Of a stretch of DNA of 19,502 nt, positions 6,707 through 13,474 are shown one piece after another. Source of the stretch: a virus (taxonomy: Duplodnaviria > Heunggongvirae > Uroviricota > Caudoviricetes); IMG/VR virus record IMGVR_UViG_2700989476_000014. The stretch is one strand, 5' to 3'. The first letter of the stretch is position 1. Each line of letters opens with the position of its first letter. A program made the translations under genes and the position numbers. The notes under the pieces were generated by a model. It saw only the letters and a program-made list of their open reading frames with translations, had not been told where the DNA came from and searched no databases.

Positions 6707-7102
6707 TTACCGAGTTGCTAATTTGCAACTCGCTTTTTCGTACTTACTGATAGTGATCTCGACCTTCCCCTCCGGGATAACCGGTCCCCACTCCACCAGC
6801 ATTCTTTTCACCTGACTGTCGTCTTCCCACACACCCGCGTGGGTCAGGGCGTCAAACAGCGCCTTGTTATAGTTGTCCAGATCGCGGATCCGGTTATCCG
6901 GAGGAAACAACACGATCTCCACTGAAGCAGGTGCCGACGTTGGTTTCGGCAGACGACGTAACTGCTCAACTATTGCTGCACACGCCGCGCTCTGGAATTT
7001 TCGCCCCGCCGCGCTTATCAGGCTCTTACCAGCAAACGCCCCTTTGTTGGGGTGTCGCCAGTACGTGTTCACGCTGGGCGGAAAAGGCAGTATTAGCTTC
7101 AT
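6707..7102 (-). CDS. rusA: Holliday-junction resolvase RusA
   Basis: 131 aa beginning MKLILPFPPSVNTYW..., the characteristic RusA N-terminus; ATGA overlap with the upstream gene. Confidence 0.9.
   Translation of the reverse strand: MKLILPFPPSVNTYWRHPNKGAFAGKSLISAAGRKFQSAACAAIVEQLRRLPKPTSAPASVEIVLFPPDNRIRDLDNYNKALFDALTHAGVWEDDSQVKRMLVEWGPVIPEGKVEITISKYEKASCKLATR
6711..6740 (+). terminator. Plus-strand rho-independent terminator, convergent with and overlapping the 3' end of rusA
   Basis: CGAGTTGC (6711-6718) / GCAACTCG (6725-6732) 8-bp stem with TAATTT loop, followed by CTTTTTCG. In the minus orientation there is no T-tail. Confidence 0.4.
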
Positions 7103-7425
7103 ACTTTCAGGCCCCTCTCATGTAACCAGTGGGTTGCACGCAGCCTTGCGTTTTCCTCACCGGCAAGCAGTGCGCGGATAATCCCGACCGCCTCGCTGTC
7201 GTCGTCCTTCATCGCAGTATGAAGCGTTATCCCCCGGGCCACGCCACGCTTTATCGTGATGACGCCTTTTTTCTCCAGTGCGCGAAGATGCTCCACCGCT
7301 GCATTCACCGAACGGTATCCCAGCATGGTTGCCACCTCCTGATTGGTTGGCGGGAAGCCACGTTCTTTCTGATAAGAAATCAGCATATCCAGCACCTGCT
7401 GCTGGCATTGAGTTAACGTCGTCAT
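7099..7425 (-). CDS. LexA-like DNA-binding protein (LexA N-terminal winged-helix domain only, no S24 peptidase domain)
   Basis: 108 aa: MTTLTQCQQQVLDMLISYQKERGFPPTNQEVATMLGYRSVNAAVEHLRALEKKGVITIKRGVARGITL..., resembling the LexA DNA-binding domain; ATGA overlaps on both sides. Confidence 0.7.
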   Translation of the reverse strand: MTTLTQCQQQVLDMLISYQKERGFPPTNQEVATMLGYRSVNAAVEHLRALEKKGVITIKRGVARGITLHTAMKDDDSEAVGIIRALLAGEENARLRATHWLHERGLKV

Positions 7426-8075
7426 GCCGCCATCTCCCTGACCAGTTTTTCCGCCTGCTGGCGAACCTGCGCCAGAAACGCCTCACCACATGCCTCAAGT
7501 TCATCGCGCCCTATGTAGCTGATTGCCGGTCCCTTCCAGGTCTTGTCGAAAACAGCAATAGCACCAGCGAAGAAAGCACCTGTTGGCACCTGCTTTTCGT
7601 CTTTCGGGATAAACCAGGCAGGCAGTTCAAAACCAATACGCCCGCGAATAAAAGCAATATGGTCTGCATCTTCCGGCCACCACACTTCGCTGGTGGCAGC
7701 TTTGATCAGGAAAACATAGCGCCCGCCTTTATCACGCATAGCACTGGCATGTTTCATGATGTAACGCATGCCGGTGATGTATTGCCCCTCATGCTGACTG
7801 GCGCGGCTGTACGGGGGATTACCAAAGGCAGCACCTTTAAGCTCCGCAAGACGTTCTGACCAGTCATGCGCCAGCGCATTGTCTTCCGCAGTGTAATAAG
7901 CGGCACATTTGGCGTTATCACCATCAGTGAACAGATCCAGAACAAACGGGCCAAACAGGGTGTTAATTCCCCAGAAAATGTTGTCCGGCGTGCGCCACTG
8001 ATCGCCCACTTCCTTCAGTTCATGGGCTGGTTTGTTCCGCAGCTCCACCAGCGCCTGGCAATATTTATTACTCAT
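7422..8075 (-). CDS. Phage Dam-like N6-adenine DNA methyltransferase
   Basis: Track ORF 7422..8108; I prefer ATG 8075-8073 (MSNKYCQ...), which overlaps the upstream stop as TAATG. The sequence contains the NPPY catalytic motif (GNPPYS). Confidence 0.8.
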   Translation of the reverse strand: MSNKYCQALVELRNKPAHELKEVGDQWRTPDNIFWGINTLFGPFVLDLFTDGDNAKCAAYYTAEDNALAHDWSERLAELKGAAFGNPPYSRASQHEGQYITGMRYIMKHASAMRDKGGRYVFLIKAATSEVWWPEDADHIAFIRGRIGFELPAWFIPKDEKQVPTGAFFAGAIAVFDKTWKGPAISYIGRDELEACGEAFLAQVRQQAEKLVREMAA

Positions 8076-8569
8076 TAAGCCCCCACGTAATTCCCTGACA
8101 GATACCACTCTTCACCCGATGCAGCGCGCTTGCTGCTTTTCCGTAAGCACCGCTCACGATGCGCCAGAAAATTGTTTCGTTCTGGCTGGGAGTGGCTTTC
8201 ACGGAATGCCTCCATCCACACCGTTGCAGCTCGACGGAATAAGCCCCTGGACTCCAGTTCTTCCGCCTGGCGAGTCAGGCACAAAATCACCTGCGGGTCG
8301 TTAGTGCCGACACAGAAATTGCGCACAGGTCTGGTTTCACGAACTGGTTGTGGTTCCGGCTCCTGTGCTCTCTCAGTCAGGCGCGGGAAATGTCTGCGTG
8401 TATCTCCTTCACAACGGTGAGCCACACGCCCACTCTGACGTAACTTGCTTGCTGACTGCAGAACGCGCTGCCGTGAGTAACCTGCAAAAGCATCCGCAAT
8501 GTCTCCGGAAGTACACCCCGGATGGGCTTCAATGAATTTCTGAACTTCATTCAAAAGACTCATGATCAC
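8075..8569 (-). CDS. Hypothetical protein (164 aa; same size and position as YfdN of CPS-53; C-terminus resembles PerC/ANR-type small regulators)
   Basis: 164-aa ORF, translationally coupled (ATGA) to the replication gene. C-terminal ...LTRQAEELESRGLFRRAATVWMEAF...HRERCLRKS... resembles PerC-like motifs as I remember them (uncertain). Confidence 0.6.
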   Translation of the reverse strand: MIMSLLNEVQKFIEAHPGCTSGDIADAFAGYSRQRVLQSASKLRQSGRVAHRCEGDTRRHFPRLTERAQEPEPQPVRETRPVRNFCVGTNDPQVILCLTRQAEELESRGLFRRAATVWMEAFRESHSQPERNNFLAHRERCLRKSSKRAASGEEWYLSGNYVGA

Positions 8570-9384
8570 CCCCTGAATCCTGCCGGGATCTGGCTGTAGT
8601 CCACGTTGTCGTAACTGGCTTTGAAGTACGGGTCCTCGCGTCTGGCTGCAGATACCGCAGGAACTTCCCAGGATTCTTCGAAATGACGATCCGGACCAAA
8701 GAACGTGACAGCCTGTTTCACAAATTGTGTGCCGCTGTTACCCATCGCAGATACCCAGCCCGCGTAGCGTTTCACACCTTCCAGCATGGTTTCGGGTTTT
8801 ACCCCCTCATTCAAACGGGCTTTCCAGGCTTTGAAGGCTGCAGATTTTGAATTGCCACCAGCACGTTTGGGGTATGCCAGCCATGCCTGCTCAAACTCCG
8901 GAGAGTATTCCGGTCGGTTTGAACGAACTCGCACAGACTCATCAGCAGATGCACCAACAGCTATTGGTTCATTGACTGGTTCTTTGACTGGTTCAAAAGA
9001 GTGACTGGTTCTGGGTGAATCTCCTGCACCACCCCCTGGTGCAACTCCTGCACTACCTGGTGAATTTGCTGCACCAGATAGTGAATTATTTGCACTACCC
9101 CCTAGTGAATCTCCTGCACCATCAAGATGAAGGAGATAGATATTACTTGAGTTACCTTTTTCACCTTTCCGGGTGACTTTTTTTACCAGCCCGGACTCAC
9201 AAAGGGCCGCAATATGATTCATCACAGAACGTTTGCTAATCTCGCACTGGTCAGCAATATGCTGGTAGCTGGGCCAGCACTCACCCTGATCGCTGGCATT
9301 ATCAGCCAGCTTGATCAGAACCAGTTTTCGCAATGGATTACCCACTCGAATTTTCATCGCTTTAACCATCAGCTCCATACTCAT
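8566..9384 (-). CDS. Replication initiator, lambda O-like (N-terminal HTH domain, Gly/Ser/Ala-rich linker encoded by iterons, C-terminal domain)
   Basis: Track ORF 8566..9423; I prefer ATG 9384-9382 (MSMELMVKAMKIRVGNPLRKLVLIKLADNASDQGECWPSYQHIADQCEISKRSVMNHIAALCESGLV...), which overlaps the stop of the 74-aa ORF as ATGA. The middle of the gene carries DNA iterons, as in lambda O. Confidence 0.8.
   Translation of the reverse strand: MSMELMVKAMKIRVGNPLRKLVLIKLADNASDQGECWPSYQHIADQCEISKRSVMNHIAALCESGLVKKVTRKGEKGNSSNIYLLHLDGAGDSLGGSANNSLSGAANSPGSAGVAPGGGAGDSPRTSHSFEPVKEPVNEPIAVGASADESVRVRSNRPEYSPEFEQAWLAYPKRAGGNSKSAAFKAWKARLNEGVKPETMLEGVKRYAGWVSAMGNSGTQFVKQAVTFFGPDRHFEESWEVPAVSAARREDPYFKASYDNVDYSQIPAGFRG
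8973..9121. repeat. Iteron array inside the O-like gene (candidate phage origin of replication)
   Basis: Three copies of TGACTGGTTC (8973-8995 and ~9003), then five ~18-bp iterons with consensus (G/A)GTGAAT(C/T)T(C/G)CTGCAC(C/T)A starting near 9014, 9038, 9059, 9080 and 9104 (21-24-bp spacing), followed by a more AT-rich stretch at 9121-9170. Confidence 0.55.
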
Positions 9385-9605
9385 GCTGCACCTCCGAGAT
9401 GCTTCATGTTTTTTCCGGAGCAAAAGGCTATAAGCGGCATACTGATGCGGTAATTACGGCCCAGCGGTTCACAAATCACCTTCTGACATTCACGGTCAAC
9501 CAGGCTAACACGTAGAACATGCCCTGCAGGCGTGGTGTACCACTGACCCGGACGAGGACAACGGAAAGTATGATTGGTAAACCGTTTGAAAATATTCCGG
9601 ATCAT
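9381..9605 (-). CDS. Hypothetical small protein (74 aa)
   Basis: ORF with ATGA overlaps to both the upstream Rha gene and the downstream O-like gene, which suggests it is translated. No family recognised. Confidence 0.4.
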   Translation of the reverse strand: MIRNIFKRFTNHTFRCPRPGQWYTTPAGHVLRVSLVDRECQKVICEPLGRNYRISMPLIAFCSGKNMKHLGGAA

Positions 9606-10147
9606 TTGCGCCCCCTTACCTCTGAAGGGTTCAGCGACAAATTTATGAGACTGGCCAGTAGCGCCGCGTCGTTGATGCGGTCATACAGACTTACAGCCAG
9701 CGGGGATTCGGCTTTTGCCAACATGGGATAAAGCTGCTGCAGCCAGACCTGATGAATTGATGAAATGTAGGAATAGAGAACGCTGGCGTTATGTGCAACG
9801 TCGCTCAGTACAGAGGGATTTGAAAGCTGTTTCTCCATCTGGTTAAAGGCATTGATGTATGCCTCTTTGAACCGGGCAGCACGTTTCCCCGTGAAGCCCA
9901 TGGCAAGAAACGCAAAACCGTCGCGGGTGATTTGGTAACAAGGGAGTTTGCGGCCTGTGCAATCGGTGTAATCACTGGGCTGAAAATTCAGCTCAGTGAA
10001 TTCAACAGAGCACTCAAGCGTCTGGATTTTTTGAATAACGTTTTTGTGCTGCTTGCAGAAATATTCGGCAACGGCCAAAGAAGAGGTAACAGCCTTCCCA
10101 TGGATAACATCAATTTTAGGGTGAGTTTGGGTAGGGGTGGTTGCCAT
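9602..10147 (-). CDS. Phage regulatory protein Rha (antirepressor-type)
   Basis: From the internal ATG at 10147-10145 (SD GAGGA 7 nt upstream): MATTPTQTHPKIDVIHGKAVTSSLAVAEYFCKQHKNVIQKIQTLE...YQITRDGFAFLAMGFTGKRAARFKEAYINAFNQMEKQL..., a typical Rha-domain sequence. The track ORF extends in frame to 10747 (381 aa). Confidence 0.75.
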   Translation of the reverse strand: MATTPTQTHPKIDVIHGKAVTSSLAVAEYFCKQHKNVIQKIQTLECSVEFTELNFQPSDYTDCTGRKLPCYQITRDGFAFLAMGFTGKRAARFKEAYINAFNQMEKQLSNPSVLSDVAHNASVLYSYISSIHQVWLQQLYPMLAKAESPLAVSLYDRINDAALLASLINLSLNPSEVRGRK

Positions 10148-10747
10148 AGTGACATCCTCATGTGCGAATTTTGAAAACTCACCACATGGGACGCCAATCA
10201 CAGAGGTGGTGAGACGTACAGGGTTGGCGTAACCGGTCGCACATGACCCCGGCGCATCTTTCGATGCCCCTGCACGCCCCACCATAATTTGGATGTGAGG
10301 AAACGTGCGCAAAAAAACCGCTGAAGCGCGGTTATGCGCATGTGCGAATTTCAGGACGCCAATCCCGGCACCCGCTTTATAAGGTGCCTGAACAGTGTAA
10401 CGTCCCGGAATTGCAGAATCAATATGCTGGTGGTCCTTCACACTCAACAAAATCACGCCTGAATTTCCACAAAGGACTAAAGCACTCATGCGGGTAGTCT
10501 TTGCGAAGATAGATAACGCGCTGTGTTTCTGGCTCCCAACGAATAACATGGACATAAAGCCCTCTTCCGTCACGAAACCAGCGGTTAAGTTCCTGCACAA
10601 CTCGCCCCCCACAGTCAGGTAAAGTTCTCTGTGGTTACTTACAGCCAGGTGATTTGGTAATCTGCATTCATGCCGTAACAACAGGTGTTCAGCGACGCTG
10701 ACCACCAGCTGTTGCGACAAACGGTTATTTGCCGTTAAACTATTCAT
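10148..10747 (-). other. In-frame 200-codon extension upstream of rha: either a fused N-terminal domain or a gene remnant; contains a terminator-like hairpin and a duplicated segment
   Basis: No stop codon over 200 codons; ATG 10747 overlaps the stop of the upstream gene (ATGA). It also contains a hairpin + T7 (minus-strand reading, ~10306-10330) and two copies of GATTGGCGTC...AAATTCGCACATG (10339-10364 and 10159-10199). The GNSG/DHQH/AHAH spacing is reminiscent of a degenerate metallophosphoesterase (weak). Confidence 0.3.
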
Positions 10748-11301
10748 GCGTTAGTTTCTCCACAACCAGAAGCAATCGACGCCACGACGCCCGGAGCTGC
10801 ACACTCGCGGGCGTTACTCTTTTCTGGAGCGCAGAAGATTTTGTAGACCAGTGCTGCATGCTCCTGGAGCTTCGAAATTGAAAGATACAGTTCGTCGTTA
10901 ATTGCTGTCTTCTCATGCGGTTCCACTACACCGTCTTCGATTGCTGAACGAATCTGTCTGGAATAACTGCCGATCTGTTCAATGACTTCCAGCAGGCGCT
11001 GGTTTATATCGGCGTTCTCTACTGCCTCAATTTCAGGAAGCGATACGAACACCCCACCAGCAGACTGTGCGACAGCATCCGCAATGTAGTGAGTGCCAGC
11101 CGCACGCTGTAAAACCATTGCCCATCCCAGCGGGAAAATCTGATCGCCATCTGCACGAAGGCGGTTGAATAATGCGTTCTCTGTTACATCCAGCCACTCA
11201 GCAGCTTCAGCGTAACCCCCCGGCAACGCCGCGATAGTTTTTCTGACAGCTTTCACGTACCACTCAGGCTGTTTTTCCACTTTCCAGTGATGATTACCCA
11301 C
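10744..11301 (-). CDS. Regulatory protein in the cII position (CII/CP76-like or YdaT-like; family not resolved)
   Basis: 185-aa ORF immediately downstream of cro with an 8-nt overlap; MGNHHWKVEKQPEWYVKAVRKTIAALPGGYAEAAEWLDVTENALFNRLR... Assignment rests on position and a loose recollection of the family. Confidence 0.55.
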   Translation of the reverse strand: MGNHHWKVEKQPEWYVKAVRKTIAALPGGYAEAAEWLDVTENALFNRLRADGDQIFPLGWAMVLQRAAGTHYIADAVAQSAGGVFVSLPEIEAVENADINQRLLEVIEQIGSYSRQIRSAIEDGVVEPHEKTAINDELYLSISKLQEHAALVYKIFCAPEKSNARECAAPGVVASIASGCGETNA

Positions 11302-11554
11302 GGCTTACCTCCTGTTCCTGTGGTTTAAACCCATTCTGGTTTTGGCTAGATTGAAAACGTGCCGGATAAAGAATCTGCATTTCGCTGATTTCACCCTTAA
11401 AAAAATTGGCCAGACGTTCTGCAAGATCGATAGATGGAATTTGTTCCAGTCTTTCAATACGACTCAGCGTCGCTGGATTGACCTGAACGCCCGCAGCAAC
11501 ATGCTGCAAAGTAAATCCGTGCGCCTTACGCACATTCCGTAATGGTGATTGCAT
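11294..11554 (-). CDS. Cro-like HTH repressor
   Basis: 86 aa: ...RKAHGFTLQHVAAGVQVNPATLSRIERLEQIPSIDLAERLANFF... (XRE-type HTH); strong SD GGAGG upstream of ATG 11554; transcribed divergently from the CI gene. Confidence 0.75.
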   Translation of the reverse strand: MQSPLRNVRKAHGFTLQHVAAGVQVNPATLSRIERLEQIPSIDLAERLANFFKGEISEMQILYPARFQSSQNQNGFKPQEQEVSRG

Positions 11555-11651
11555 ATAACCTCCACATATTGCGTGATGAGCATATTATTTCACGCAAATA
11601 TTTTGCGCAAGTTGATTTGCTTAACGCGCAATAAAGAAATGTAATAAACGC
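11555..11651. promoter_or_regulatory. Divergent PR/PRM-type promoter region with operator repeats (OR)
   Basis: 97-bp gap between divergent cro (-) and cI (+). Contains TTGCGTGA...TCACGCAA (11569-11597), the palindrome TTGCGCAA (11603-11610) and TTGC-N7-GCAA (11617-11631). The cI ATG at 11652 has no SD, consistent with a leaderless PRM-type transcript. Confidence 0.6.
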
Positions 11652-12344
11652 ATGAACATAGGAAACCGAGTCAGACAACTTCGCCAGGCGAAGAACATGA
11701 AAATCGCCGATCTCGCTGAAGCAATAGGAGTGGATGCGGCGAATATCTCACGCCTGGAAACAGGTAAGCAGAAACAATTCACTGAACAAGCCCTGAGTAA
11801 TATTGCCAGGAGCTTAGGTGTTGATATCGCTGATCTCTTTACCTCAGACGTCAAAAGTAATACTGTATGTAAAAACAGTATTGGTGAGGATGTTGCGCAG
11901 GTGAAGGATGTATTCCGTATTGAAATGCTGGATGTCAGTGCCAGTGCGGGAAATGGCCTTATCCAGGGCGGTGATGTCATTGATGTGATTCATGCCATTG
12001 AATACAGAACTGATAATGCTGTATCGATGTTTGGCGGACGGCCAGCCAATCACATTAAAGTTATCAACGTTCGTGGGGACAGTATGTGTCCAACCATTGA
12101 GCCAGGAGATCTCATCTTCGTTGATATCAGTATCAATCAGTTTGATGGGGATGGTATATATGTATTTGGTTTTGATGATAAAATTTACGTCAAACGACTG
12201 CAAATGATACCTGATAAACTGCTGGTAATTTCTGATAATCAGATTTACCGCGAATGGGGAATTACCAGCGAAAACGAACATCGGTTTATGGTCTTTGGAA
12301 AGGTCTTAATCAGTCAGTCACAAACCCTTAAGCGACACAATTAA
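11652..12344 (+). CDS. CI-type prophage repressor (XRE HTH + LexA/S24-like autopeptidase domain)
   Basis: 230 aa; N-terminal ...RVRQLRQAKNMKIADLAEAIGVDAANISRLETGKQ... (HTH) and C-terminal ...RGDSMCPTIEPGDLIFVD...KIYVKRLQM... (S24 Ser/Lys peptidase pattern). Confidence 0.9.
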   Translation: MNIGNRVRQLRQAKNMKIADLAEAIGVDAANISRLETGKQKQFTEQALSNIARSLGVDIADLFTSDVKSNTVCKNSIGEDVAQVKDVFRIEMLDVSASAGNGLIQGGDVIDVIHAIEYRTDNAVSMFGGRPANHIKVINVRGDSMCPTIEPGDLIFVDISINQFDGDGIYVFGFDDKIYVKRLQMIPDKLLVISDNQIYREWGITSENEHRFMVFGKVLISQSQTLKRHN

Positions 12345-12364
12345 CCCCTACCTCAACATCAATT

Positions 12365-12388
12365 AGCCACCAGAAGGTGGCTTTTCAT
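12365..12388 (+). terminator. Rho-independent terminator after cI
   Basis: AGCCACC-AGAA-GGTGGCT 7-bp stem followed by TTTTCATTA. Confidence 0.5.
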
Positions 12389-12399
12389 TACCCACCAAA

Positions 12400-12438
12400 T
12401 TGCATATCTCGCAATAAAAACACTTGCATAATGCGCAA
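12400..12438. promoter_or_regulatory. Candidate OL operators / pL region
   Basis: Two perfect TTGC-N7-GCAA sites (12400-12414 TTGCATATCTCGCAA; 12424-12438 TTGCATAATGCGCAA) 24 bp apart, the same motif as at 11617-11631 in OR; located just upstream of the plus-strand early-left genes. Confidence 0.5.
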
Positions 12439-12899
12439 CTTCATTTTATCTTTCTTTCCAGACATACAAACAAGGTACTAACAAAATTTGGTTGTAACAC
12501 GGCGTATGGCACATGCGTCGTTAGCGGTCTGGTGACGTTAAAGGGGACAATCCACTCCTTGCTCGGGCAAACAAACCAGGTAGCCGGAATGTGCAAGTCA
12601 ATGATGATGCTGATAAGACGCCTAACCAGCGTGGCGATCCGGTTTGACGCCTGGGAAGAGACCAGGGTGCAACGATGAGGGCATTTATGGAACCGCGACA
12701 AAGTGTGGTGCCGTAACTGGCTAAGTGCTCTCAGCGTTGTGGTAATCCGCGAAATGGCGCGGCGGTAAGTATGGCGGGGTTACTCTTTCCCCGTTGAGGA
12801 CACCGGATTGTCAGGTTGACCATACGCCTGAGTGACAACCCCACCACAACAGCCACTGCTTTGGCGGTACCAGTTTGTACCCTTGCTTCCGGCTGGTAC

Positions 12900-13026
12900 C
12901 GCTCTTTTTACAAAACAGAGAAGAGCATCACCGGACGACGGGCTCATAACCCAATCCATCCGGGCGGCTGTCACCGCAGGTGTTCTTCTCTGTTTTGTGG
13001 AGAAACCAACCGACCTTGCAGGGTCG
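12900..13026 (+). promoter_or_regulatory. Structured leader of the early-left operon: boxA-like element plus long inverted repeat and second hairpin (candidate nutL-like/antitermination or attenuator RNA)
   Basis: CGCTCTTTTTACAA (12900-12913) resembles boxA (GCTCTTTAACAA). A 15-bp perfect inverted repeat ACAAAACAGAGAAGA (12910-12924) / TCTTCTCTGTTTTGT (12984-12998) is followed by the hairpin CCGACC-TTGCAG-GGTCGG (13009-13026) just before the SD of the next gene. Confidence 0.35.
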
Positions 13027-13046
13027 GTATGATGAGGAGCAGCAAA

Positions 13047-13409
13047 ATGGCTAGCGTACGCAGTACTGATGTGCAGGTATTTATCGTAGAACTGGACGGC
13101 GGCGTATTTGAAACCAAACTCGGCGCAGTTCTCAGTGAAGTCGCTTCCGGTGTGATGAACACGAAAAACAAAGGTAAAGTCTCGGTCAATCTGGACATCG
13201 AACCGTTTGATGAGAACCGTGTGAAAATCAAACACAAACTCTCATATGTTCGCCCGACTAACCGCGGGAAAATCTCCGAAGAAGACACCACCGAAACGCC
13301 GATGTATGTCAATCGAGGTGGTCGCCTGACTATTCTGCAGGAAGACCAGGGACAATTACTGACTCTTGCCGGTGAACCTGACGGAAAACTCCGCGCAGCA
13401 GGTCATTAA
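13047..13409 (+). CDS. Hypothetical early-left protein (120 aa; YfdP-sized)
   Basis: Track ORF 12816..13409; I prefer ATG 13047 (MASVRSTDVQVFIVELDGG...) with SD GAGGAG 7 nt upstream, because the upstream part of the long ORF overlaps the structured leader and looks non-coding. Confidence 0.6.
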   Translation: MASVRSTDVQVFIVELDGGVFETKLGAVLSEVASGVMNTKNKGKVSVNLDIEPFDENRVKIKHKLSYVRPTNRGKISEEDTTETPMYVNRGGRLTILQEDQGQLLTLAGEPDGKLRAAGH

Positions 13410-13474
13410 TATCGTTCTTAATTAACTGATTATTTATCTCATCACTGAATATCTTAATATAGTGAGGACTTATT

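Noticed and set aside
7129-7954. ORFs 7129..7416(+), 7157..7504(-), 7278..7859(+), 7754..7954(-)
   Set aside because: Overlapping or antisense frames of the LexA-like and Dam methylase genes; Arg/Gly-rich composition typical of off-frame GC-rich translation.
8032-8535. Plus-strand ORFs 8032..8304, 8130..8420, 8350..8535
   Set aside because: Antisense to the 164-aa gene that is translationally coupled within the operon.
8973-9121. CRISPR array
   Set aside because: The repeats are short degenerate iterons inside a coding region without unique spacers of regular length; consistent with a replication origin, not CRISPR.
12424-12701. ORFs 12424..12678(+) and 12441..12701(-) as a possible N antiterminator
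   Set aside because: No Arg-rich N-terminal motif and no RBS; the plus ORF starts at a TTG inside the operator site. Treated as part of the leader.
12780-13312. Minus-strand ORFs 12780..13235 and 12971..13312, and the long version of plus ORF 12816..13409
   Set aside because: Overlap the structured leader and the better-supported 13047 start; translations look non-protein-like.
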